This document shows, in pieces, positions 44,812-52,906 of a DNA stretch of 64,000 nt (the first letter of the stretch is position 1; every line of letters starts with the position of its first letter). The position numbers were made by a program, and so were the translations under genes. Source of the DNA: a virus (Duplodnaviria; Caudoviricetes); the IMG/VR virus record IMGVR_UViG_3300020049_002269, positions 2,188 through 66,187 of that record; one strand, 5' to 3'. The notes below the pieces were generated by a model. It worked only from the letters and a program-made list of their open reading frames with translations, made no database searches and was not told the DNA's origin.

Positions 44812-45116
44812 TCAACCATTTTCTTTTCGGCAAACTTTCGGCCCCATGCGCGCACCTGATCTGCGCCAAATAGGCCAACCCCACCGCCGATGAATGTAGC
44901 CCAATTACCAGACATGCCCAAAGCCTCGATCATGTAGGCGATGCTCAAAGCAATAAGGCCGCACAATACGGACTCCAAAACCCGGCGCATCATCCTTGGC
45001 TCTTTACCGTCATACATCACACGCACAAAAGCCACCATAGCGGCCAAAGCGGATGCACGGAAAGGCTCTGGCAATAGTTCAATGAGTTTCATGATGGCGT
45101 CGGTGGTGTCCTGCAT
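44808..45116 (-). CDS. Lambda S-like holin
   Basis: Three hydrophobic segments, FIGGGVGLFGADQVR, basic C-terminus. Confidence 0.7.
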   Translation of the reverse strand: MQDTTDAIMKLIELLPEPFRASALAAMVAFVRVMYDGKEPRMMRRVLESVLCGLIALSIAYMIEALGMSGNWATFIGGGVGLFGADQVRAWGRKFAEKKMVE

Positions 45117-46622
45117 TTACATCTCTGGCAGTTGGGTTGGTGCTGCATTTTGCAACAATTCAGTGACCAAATCATCATCCTGCGGGACATCTTCCGCCAG
45201 GCCGAAGTAATCCGAATCCTTGTCGCGGCGCAATTGTTCGCGCACGTCCTCACCGTCGATTGCGCCAATACCGGCATATGCGACGGCGGCTTGCGCCTTC
45301 TTGAGGTTAACGTCAGCCCATTCCTGAGCAGTCGGGCTATCAAGCGGACGCCATGACGTCTCCACTTCGATATCCTCAGTGATGCCGAATTTAGGCTTGA
45401 TGGCAGACAGCCACACCAATTGATGGTGACGTTCCAGCAGGGGGTCTAGGTCATTGGCTTGGATGGATTCCAGCATGATCCGGTAGTCCTCGGCTTCGGA
45501 TTCGCCCGTGGCGTTAAAGCCCTTGGGGGTAGTGCCAAGCAGCTTGGTAGCTGGCACCTCAGCAATCGAGGCAACCAGTTGATACTGCGTCATGATGGTG
45601 GTATCTAGGTCTGCGAGGCTTGTGTCTTGCTGGGTTATTTCGTCGGCCTCTTTGTCAATTACCATGACACCATAGTTATCTCGCACCTGAGAAAAGTCTA
45701 GCATTCTCGCAATTGACTTTTGCAGGTCAGAGAAAAATCCTGCCCCGTCAGTCTTGTGGACGATAAGACGTTTTGTCATGGCCAGCTGCGGGGCCTCATT
45801 GGCCGTGCGCTCGGATGCGTACACGCGCTCGTAGATCAACTGCGGCACGCTCTTACCACCGTACTGATACATCGGCTTGATGGCATCAGGCACAGGGTGG
45901 GGGATGTACACGCACAGGTGGGATCGGTGGTAGCGCTGCTTTCCGATGACGTAATACTCAGGCTCGTAAAAGCGCAGCGATGCGGGATCGCTCAATGAGC
46001 CGTCGGTCAGCTCTGGCACGATCCAGATTGGGTCTACTTGCGAGATGCCCTGATACGATCCCGGCGTGACGCCATCCGGGTTAAATGGCTTCTCGTAGTA
46101 TTGCGGGTCAGTGCTTCGCACTTTGAAGATCGCCACGCGGATACCGTAGATGCGGCCCATGTGGATGTATTTCCGCATGGCTGCATTGATGCCGTACTTC
46201 TTGTCCTGTTTCTTGAACTCTGCAAGGATTTCTTCGGATTGCGGCGTACCTTCTGGCAGGCTCACGTCATAGCCGACGCGCACCGCATCACGTGCTGGCA
46301 TGTTACATGCTTTGTCCACCAACCAGTGCTGAGAAATGAGGGCAGATACCTGCCAGCTCACCACGCCTTGGGATGCGTACCAAAAGAACTGCGCATCAGG
46401 CACACCGGCGCCAGCTAGGTTTTGCTTGAACTCTGGAACAAGGCCCGTCGAACTGTCCATTGCTGCGCCGCTTGCGCCCGCTGGGGTTTGGAATGCAGCC
46501 GACAGAATGGCTAGCTTGTCCATCGCTGCGGATGTACGCACATGCTCTCCATCTGTTGTGTAGATGGAAGCTCTAGTAGCCAGCTGCGGCTCAGCATGTG
46601 GCTTTGGTTTTCGTCCGAACAT
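45117..46622 (-). CDS. Portal protein (DUF1073-like)
   Basis: LVDKACNMPARDAVR, RIYG, IPATKLLGTTPKGFNATGESE-like segment. Confidence 0.88.
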   Translation of the reverse strand: MFGRKPKPHAEPQLATRASIYTTDGEHVRTSAAMDKLAILSAAFQTPAGASGAAMDSSTGLVPEFKQNLAGAGVPDAQFFWYASQGVVSWQVSALISQHWLVDKACNMPARDAVRVGYDVSLPEGTPQSEEILAEFKKQDKKYGINAAMRKYIHMGRIYGIRVAIFKVRSTDPQYYEKPFNPDGVTPGSYQGISQVDPIWIVPELTDGSLSDPASLRFYEPEYYVIGKQRYHRSHLCVYIPHPVPDAIKPMYQYGGKSVPQLIYERVYASERTANEAPQLAMTKRLIVHKTDGAGFFSDLQKSIARMLDFSQVRDNYGVMVIDKEADEITQQDTSLADLDTTIMTQYQLVASIAEVPATKLLGTTPKGFNATGESEAEDYRIMLESIQANDLDPLLERHHQLVWLSAIKPKFGITEDIEVETSWRPLDSPTAQEWADVNLKKAQAAVAYAGIGAIDGEDVREQLRRDKDSDYFGLAEDVPQDDDLVTELLQNAAPTQLPEM

Positions 46623-46631
46623 TTGCGGGCC

Positions 46632-48002
46632 TTAGCTGTAGATAGATTTGCGTTTGCTGTAGAGGTCACGCAATGCCTGACTCATGGCATCAACGCGGTC
46701 ATCATTTGCAGCCGCTGGGAATGTGGTTACCTCTTCCACGAATTCACGCACCCAAGGCGCAATATCAGGATGAGGCAACCAAACATTACCAGATTCCCAC
46801 TCGGCGGTGCAAGCGTGGGCACGGGCTATTTTACTGCCATCCGGCTCAATAGCAACCATACCTGATATTTCGGCTTTAAGCGAATCAAGAATGGCGGGGC
46901 CGTTTGCCTTGTCTTCAATCAGTTTACGGCGCGCCTCTGGGTATCGTGCTGTCATGTTCTTCACGGCTTGCTTTGACGCTGTAAAGCCCATGCGCTCACG
47001 CACCTCATGCAGCAGGTATGTGTTAGCCCCGGCCTTTGCCCATACCTGACCGGCCACATAGTCCGAACCTTCGGAGTCCTTGAACGTCATGTCCCAAGAC
47101 TGGATGACCTTATCGAACTTGGTTGGCAAGTCTTTTGGCAGGTAGTACCTTACCCCCAAGTCCTTGAAGATCGCCCCGCCTAGCGTCTTTGGTGAGCCTT
47201 GGTACATGGCAGACCAGAAGTAATCACCCAAGGCTTGCTTGGTCTCTAACAGCTTTTCAAGTGGGTGCAGGTCAGGCACCAGAGGCTCACCCTTGTCATT
47301 GATCGCTGGAAAGCTCAGGCGCCTAGCCTTGGGGTTTGCTGCCAGCACGCGCCCGGATAGGTCATCAGTGGCCCAACGGGTCGCCATGATGATGTGCCCG
47401 CTGTTCTTTGACAGGCGAGTCAAGAACGTGGACCCGTACCACTTCCAGATTGATTCCTTGACGGTCGGGCTTAGGGCCTCTTTGCTGTTCTTGATGGGGT
47501 CGTCGATGATCCCGATATCAACACGCTTACCCGTCAGAGGACCGCCTACGCCTTGACCTACATATGCGCCACGCCCATTAGGCACCTCGAATTTGTCGCT
47601 ATTGGCTACGCCTCCGCTTTTCGCCATAGACGAATGCGGGAACAGTTGCGCGTATTCAGGCGTTGACATGATCGCCTGAACATCCCTGTTCATGTCCGAC
47701 GCAAGGTCTTTTGCATAGGACAGACCAGCTAGGCGCAAATCTGGATAATGCCCAAAGATGAACGCAGGCAGGTATCGAGATACCATGTCCGACTTGCCGT
47801 GCTGTGGCGGAGCTTCCAGGATCAGCAGAGGGCGCAGACCGGCTAGGCAGTCAGCCAGGAATCGCTCAAGCTCGGCGCAGACCTTAATCGAGAAGTCGCT
47901 GACGATGTAATCCGGGTTTATGTACCGGATAAACGACAAAAGGGAGCGCCTAGCCTCCCTGCGTCTTAGCAGCTCTTTCGCTGCTTCAGCCCTTGTCACC
48001 AT
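46632..48002 (-). CDS. terL: Terminase large subunit
   Basis: PPQHGKS, GIIDDPIK, MATRWATDD, SWDMTFK, IEDKANG, NDDRVDAMSQA. Confidence 0.92.
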   Translation of the reverse strand: MVTRAEAAKELLRRREARRSLLSFIRYINPDYIVSDFSIKVCAELERFLADCLAGLRPLLILEAPPQHGKSDMVSRYLPAFIFGHYPDLRLAGLSYAKDLASDMNRDVQAIMSTPEYAQLFPHSSMAKSGGVANSDKFEVPNGRGAYVGQGVGGPLTGKRVDIGIIDDPIKNSKEALSPTVKESIWKWYGSTFLTRLSKNSGHIIMATRWATDDLSGRVLAANPKARRLSFPAINDKGEPLVPDLHPLEKLLETKQALGDYFWSAMYQGSPKTLGGAIFKDLGVRYYLPKDLPTKFDKVIQSWDMTFKDSEGSDYVAGQVWAKAGANTYLLHEVRERMGFTASKQAVKNMTARYPEARRKLIEDKANGPAILDSLKAEISGMVAIEPDGSKIARAHACTAEWESGNVWLPHPDIAPWVREFVEEVTTFPAAANDDRVDAMSQALRDLYSKRKSIYS

Positions 48003-48462
48003 TGGCGATAGCGGCTAACTCGGCGTCGCTTAGGTCTGATACGTCCTTGGTTAGGATTGGTCCGCCGTTTGCGCCGGTTAGCTCTTGGGTGATCTTGTCG
48101 CCGTACTTCTTGGGCGCCAGCTTGGACAGCAGCCATTTTCGGGTGTCTACTTGCAAGCGTTGCTTGGCGACTGCGCCTGTGTCAGTTGTGCCCATTGGCG
48201 TGGTAGGTACGGCAGCATCAGCAATGTCGAGAAGGTCTTCTGACATAGAGTGAACGCGGGCATTTAGCGCAGACTCATAACGCTCCCTTAGCTTGTCGTC
48301 CTCAATGATCCACATGTAGAACGACTTGCGGGAAGGCATCCCAGGCTCGGAACAAATAGCGTTGACCGATTCGCCAGACATGATGCGCTCTAGGATTTCG
48401 TCCACGAGCGATTCATCCCGAGTGATCCGAGGCTTTCGCGTAGTTGTTACCTTTTCAGACAT
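47986..48462 (-). CDS. terS: Terminase small subunit
   Basis: GESVNAICSEPGMPS...RLQVDTRKWLLSKLAPKKYGDK...ELTGANGGPI. Confidence 0.85.
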   Translation of the reverse strand: MSEKVTTTRKPRITRDESLVDEILERIMSGESVNAICSEPGMPSRKSFYMWIIEDDKLRERYESALNARVHSMSEDLLDIADAAVPTTPMGTTDTGAVAKQRLQVDTRKWLLSKLAPKKYGDKITQELTGANGGPILTKDVSDLSDAELAAIANGDKG

Positions 48463-48474
48463 ACTCTTACTGTA

Positions 48475-48645
48475 TCACTTCACGATGCGGTAGGCGATGA
48501 TGTGGTTTCTGCGCCAATCAGAATCACACAAAGATACTGGACCGTGCTCACTAAAATCTCGAAGGCGAATCATGATCGTCGTATCAACCGGGCCTGGGCG
48601 CTCCCCACCACCCCACTCAATCCAATCGCTTTCCGGCTGATTCAT
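48475..48645 (-). CDS. Hypothetical protein
   Basis: WIEWGGGERP...IIAYRIV. Confidence 0.55.
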   Translation of the reverse strand: MNQPESDWIEWGGGERPGPVDTTIMIRLRDFSEHGPVSLCDSDWRRNHIIAYRIVK

Positions 48646-48649
48646 GCAG

Positions 48650-48925
48650 TCAGCTCCAACGCCATCTGGCCTCCCCATACAACGCCACATAAGCCACCAG
48701 GTCATTGATGCTGTCCGCGTGTGGTTCGGTGGTCGTGTTGTCTCGCACCATCTTGAGCAAGGCCATGAGAAGCCACCCGTTAGCCTCGGACAGTGACTGA
48801 CCTGTGATGGCATTGAACGCGGCTACCGCTTTTCCCATGCTTCGCTCACCTTCAGGCGAGTCGTACTGTTTGGCGCGCTCTGCCATGATTTCGGCGGAAC
48901 GTGTGAGGATTTCGGGGGCTTTCAT
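48650..48925 (-). CDS. DUF6378-like protein
   Basis: ERAKQYDSPEGERSM...LLKMVR...DSINDLVAY; AAGGAG RBS. Confidence 0.65.
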   Translation of the reverse strand: MKAPEILTRSAEIMAERAKQYDSPEGERSMGKAVAAFNAITGQSLSEANGWLLMALLKMVRDNTTTEPHADSINDLVAYVALYGEARWRWS

Positions 48926-48950
48926 GAACTGTGCTCCTTGTTGAATGGGT

Positions 48951-49054
48951 TGATGGTGGCCGGACTTGAACCAGCGCGTGACATCCGGGCTCACAGGGCA
49001 TTTCCTCCCCGCTGCATGTTCGGCCTGTCGCTCTACCAACTGAGCTACACCATC
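48951..49054 (-). ncRNA. tRNA-like RNA with 26-nt anticodon loop and long variable region
   Basis: GATGGTG/CACCATC acceptor, GCTC-AGTTGGTA-GAGC D arm, GCTGG-TTCAAGT-CCGGC T arm, ACAGG/CCTGT stem; no CCA. Confidence 0.6.
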
Positions 49055-49416
49055 AAGGATGCACACACAAGGCAGACCCTAAATTCCTGCCTGTGCCCGT
49101 AGGGTGATGGGTTGCGTGTACATCCTTCATGGCCTCGGTCTTTCCCGAGTGTCAGATGGCGCATGTCTCCCATGCTTATCACCGACCTTCATGGCTGTGT
49201 GCCATGCGTCATCATGCATACCATCATCGAAACACACTAACGGCATAGGCTGTTGGATGCGCCCCACCTAACCGAACCAACTTCGGCAGTGCGTTTCGAT
49301 GATAGTCCCGGCTCCCCCAAAATACGCAGGCCGGGGCTACGCTCAACTCTTGCCGTCATCGCGACGTTCCGACCGGAGGCAATCGGTGCAAGTGTGGGGG
49401 TTGAATGGAGTATAGC

Positions 49417-49725
49417 TTATTTTGCGAGAAGCCAGACACGCCCGTTGCCATCTGGGCAATGCGCGGATTGCTTGACCTTGTAAGGCTTGCCGGTTGCTTC
49501 CAGCCACTTGCGAAGGGTTTGTGCGATTCGCCCTGCTTCTTTTGGTTCGCAGACGATTGCAGAGCCAATCTTGAGCTTGGCAAAGACTGGCGTGTATTTG
49601 CTCTGGCCTGCCCGTGCGCTATGGACGGGGCTGTCGTGCTCGATCTTGAGCAGGTCAGGGTCAATGCCGTCGACGTTAAAACGCGGGGCTTGTGCGAGAT
49701 GGAAAACGGATGGTACGGCGTTCAT
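49417..49725 (-). CDS. Hypothetical protein
   Basis: Start MNAVPSV; SKYTPVFAKLKIG...GRVWLL. Confidence 0.55.
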   Translation of the reverse strand: MNAVPSVFHLAQAPRFNVDGIDPDLLKIEHDSPVHSARAGQSKYTPVFAKLKIGSAIVCEPKEAGRIAQTLRKWLEATGKPYKVKQSAHCPDGNGRVWLLAK

Positions 49726-49895
49726 AGCAGGATGATTCCAAAGATGATGGCGATGATGGTGATGCTGATGGCGACTGGTTGCCATGGCTGTTTGTGGCTG
49801 CGGCCTTGTGGATCGTCGTATAGCCACTTGGTCACCATGTCGTCGGTGCTGGGGTGGGGCATGGGGTGCTCGTGTAGGGGGGTGTCTTCGATCAT
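49722..49895 (-). CDS. Hypothetical protein with C-terminal TM helix
   Basis: MIEDTP...AISITIIAIIFGIILL; GGAG RBS. Confidence 0.5.
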   Translation of the reverse strand: MIEDTPLHEHPMPHPSTDDMVTKWLYDDPQGRSHKQPWQPVAISITIIAIIFGIILL

Positions 49896-50277
49896 TTGCG
49901 CTTCTCCACACAGTGCGGACATTCCATGAGCTTGGTGCGTGGATTCTTTTTGAACCCACCAGGCGCACGCCATGTATCGCAGCTCATGCAGTGTTTGGTG
50001 ACTCCACCGGGGCCTAGTGGCTGATCGGTGGCGTTTGCGCCTTTGTTGGTGTGTCGGCGGAGGGTCATTTCACCAACACGTCAAAGTAGGCCAAAGCCAA
50101 AGCAGACAGCACGCCACCAACCACAACAACGCTCAGGGCGTCTAGTGCGATCTGGGTCCAGTTGATGGTGCGCTTTGCAAAATAAAGATGTTGCCTGTAG
50201 TGCTTCATGTAATTCTCCTGTGTTGACGCCTCAATCATAACGAGACTGAGGCTGGCTGTGTTGAATAGCCTTGTGGG

Positions 50278-50538
50278 TTAGTCGGGATTGGTGGCTTTGG
50301 CGATGAACGCCATCACGTTTCCGCGCATCACTGCGCCGTCGAATTGGTACTTCTTGCGGCTAGGCCAGTAATCGAGGCGCTTCCCGGCAACCGTTCGCGA
50401 CCAGTGGTGCTCGGTGTGCTTCGTCCATCCACCGTCATCCGCGCCGATTGCCTCAACCATGAAGCGCTGACGGTCTGCGGCGAACTTCTCTCTGCTGCAC
50501 TGCTTGAGCGCGTCCCAGATCGGGTCACGGTAGATCAT
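50278..50538 (-). CDS. Hypothetical protein
   Basis: WTKHTEHHWS...LDYWPSRKKY. Confidence 0.6.
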   Translation of the reverse strand: MIYRDPIWDALKQCSREKFAADRQRFMVEAIGADDGGWTKHTEHHWSRTVAGKRLDYWPSRKKYQFDGAVMRGNVMAFIAKATNPD

Positions 50539-50735
50539 TCCTTCACCTCCGCCTCATCCGCAGCCGTCAACAGCGCTGCAGCGAGTTCGCGGGCTTGTGA
50601 GGGTGTGATGCGGTGCGAAAAGGTCATTGCGCCGGATGCTGCCCCGAGAGACACGATAGGCTTGCCCATGTAATGCCATGCGCGAACGTCTAGATTGTCG
50701 CCGAACTCGTTGGTTGATGTGTAGACGGTTTTCAT
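50535..50735 (-). CDS. Hypothetical protein
   Basis: TPSQARELAAALLTAADEAE motif; coupled. Confidence 0.55.
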   Translation of the reverse strand: MKTVYTSTNEFGDNLDVRAWHYMGKPIVSLGAASGAMTFSHRITPSQARELAAALLTAADEAEVKE

Positions 50736-51130
50736 TCTGCGTCCTGTGCGAGTGCGAGGTTGTGAGCGTGGGCGGCGGCGTGGAGTTGGGCCAGAGAGGC
50801 GCGCACCTGTTCGCCAGCGGGGGATGCGATCAAATCTGACATCAATCGTTGAAGTCGTTCGCTTTCCATGTGCTCGGTGATGAGTTCAGCGAAGCAGCAA
50901 GCGCTTTCAACAACCATCTTGCCTTTGACTGTGCGGGAAGTGGTGAATTCCTCGTCAAATGAGGCGTGACGGGAAAGTTTGTTAACTACTTCCTCCGTGA
51001 TCTGCGCCCACTTCTTGTCGGTCAGATTGTCGATGTGCTCGTCTTGTTTGTCTGCTTCCTCAAGGTCTTTGAGGTGGCGGCGCAGGTCTTGGTCTACTGG
51101 GTCCATGTTGGTGCTCCGTTGTTGATTCAA
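50732..51130 (-). CDS. Hypothetical protein
   Basis: Coupled ORF in the leftward early operon. Confidence 0.5.
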   Translation of the reverse strand: MNQQRSTNMDPVDQDLRRHLKDLEEADKQDEHIDNLTDKKWAQITEEVVNKLSRHASFDEEFTTSRTVKGKMVVESACCFAELITEHMESERLQRLMSDLIASPAGEQVRASLAQLHAAAHAHNLALAQDAE

Positions 51131-51555
51131 GCGCGTGCGCGCAGCTCGTCGTAGAGATTTGACACGAGTGCTTCGTATGCACCATCGCCCATAGTCTTGT
51201 TGAAGGCATCGCGCACACAGAAGCCACGTTGCACGAAGTCAAAAAAGACTTCCGCTTTTTCTACCACTGCCGCGCTCAGTTTCTGTTGAATGTTGCTCAT
51301 GTCTTGCTCCGTTGTTGATGTGTTGATTGTGCCGGTGATGTTGGTGGTGTGCAATCAAAGACCATGCGGGGTGGTGGGGATTAGTGCCTCGTCGATTCCT
51401 GTTCCGCCACATCCACCGCCAGCGAGAAGTCGTCCAGCTCATCCGCCAGGTCTTTTAGGTCCACAGCAAGCGCGTGAGACACCGGGCACCCTTGGCGGGC
51501 ATAGTCGATTGACTGAGCCACCTCGCGCAGCATGAGGGTCAGGCGGGCGAGGGAT

Positions 51556-51750
51556 TCATTTAGCACGGCAGTCCTTGCACTTCGGGTCAACCTTGCCCAG
51601 TTCCGTCTTGCGGTACTGGCAGTCTTTGGTCATCTCGTCGGGGATTGACACCGTGTGCCGCGCCTCGACGTGGTAGCCGATGCGTGCCCAGCCTTGTTGC
51701 ACTAGGGCTGTGGTGCGTAGGGGCTTGCGGTTGTGGCAGCCGTAGGTCAT
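51556..51750 (-). CDS. Small Cys-containing protein
   Basis: YGCHNR...CQY...DPKCKDC. Confidence 0.55.
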   Translation of the reverse strand: MTYGCHNRKPLRTTALVQQGWARIGYHVEARHTVSIPDEMTKDCQYRKTELGKVDPKCKDCRAK

Positions 51751-52427
51751 TTCGTGTCCTTGGCTGCGTCGATGGCGGCGTCGATGTTGGAGTCGAGTGT
51801 TTGAGCGTATGCGTCCATTGCATCAAAGCTCACAGACACACGCCAGCTCGGCGCCCCTGAAAATCCAAGGACACCGTTATCGCGCAGCCACCGATACCTC
51901 TCCGCATCCCGCATCACGTCACTCGGCACGCTCGGCGCTGGGTGGAGTTTTGGGCTGTGCTTGAGCAGAGTTGGGTGTCGGCCAAGCGACCTAACAAATT
52001 TGCACACCGTGGCCCGCTCAAACATAGACGGCTCGTGCATCAGTTGCGACCCGATCCAGCTTGCAATTTGAATCGAGTTCCACGCCACCGGCTCACTCGT
52101 GGCGGGCTGCTGGGCCTCAAGGCGCTTTTGCACTGACTTGCACGCCGTGTTGTCGGGCTGCTGGGCCTCTGCCTGCGTGGCCTGGGCTGGCTGCGGGGTG
52201 GTGTAGAGCTGGGTCCAGCCACTTAGGACGAGCGGGGCGGTATCAGTCCACTCGGCGCCTTCGTCAGTTTCACGCATCCACCACGATGGATCACCCTGCA
52301 CCTGGGCGCGGGCTTGCAGGGCGTAGGCGCGCATTTGGTCGGCAGTGAAGCCTCGCAATGCTTGCGTGCCCACAACGATTACGCCTTCAGGCTCTGGCAG
52401 CGGCGGCAGTTGGTTGGTGTCGGTCAT
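51747..52427 (-). CDS. Mosaic accessory protein (ea22/nin-like)
   Basis: LPPLPEP, FTADQMRAYA, EPVAW, DAERYRWLRD and LDSNIDAAIDAA modules. Confidence 0.65.
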   Translation of the reverse strand: MTDTNQLPPLPEPEGVIVVGTQALRGFTADQMRAYALQARAQVQGDPSWWMRETDEGAEWTDTAPLVLSGWTQLYTTPQPAQATQAEAQQPDNTACKSVQKRLEAQQPATSEPVAWNSIQIASWIGSQLMHEPSMFERATVCKFVRSLGRHPTLLKHSPKLHPAPSVPSDVMRDAERYRWLRDNGVLGFSGAPSWRVSVSFDAMDAYAQTLDSNIDAAIDAAKDTK

Positions 52428-52499
52428 CTCTCACTCCTTCGTTGACATGACGCCATGTTAGCGGGGTTGGGTTGTGGTGTGTGGAATGACCCCACTGGG

Positions 52500-52840
52500 C
52501 AGTCGGGATAGCTTAGCAGATGACTTCGCATAGCTTAACTTCAAGTAACTATTTCAAAACGTGCGCTAAGTTGTTGATTCATAAGGGGAAATTGCTATAA
52601 GATAGTTATATAGATATATATACATATATAGATTACTCTCTCCCCTAGATCGGCGGGTGATGTCTGAGTCCCTTGATTTCTGTCTCCCTGTAAGTAGATC
52701 AATAAATGGGCCATGCATCTTTATAAATCCATTTATGTGAGCGTTTTGACGATCCTGTCTATCCTATCGTAAGTTGTTGATTCATAAGGATTTTTTCGGA
52801 TAGCGCACGAAAAGAAGCGTGCGAAGTTATGCTATCCAAT
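52500..52840. other. AT-rich non-coding region, probable replication origin
   Basis: 20-bp direct repeat TAAGTTGTTGATTCATAAGG at 52567-52586 and 52770-52789; (TA)n tract; several GATAG/CTATC pentamers; next to the primase. Confidence 0.5.
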
Positions 52841-52906
52841 AGCTGGGGGGGCTTGATCTGGTCGTTTTGTTGGCTAAGATGCGAACATCAACACACCGAG
52901 CAACCA

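Noticed and set aside
48951-49054. Functional canonical tRNA
   Set aside because: 26-nt anticodon loop, no U33 and no CCA; kept only as a tRNA-like ncRNA
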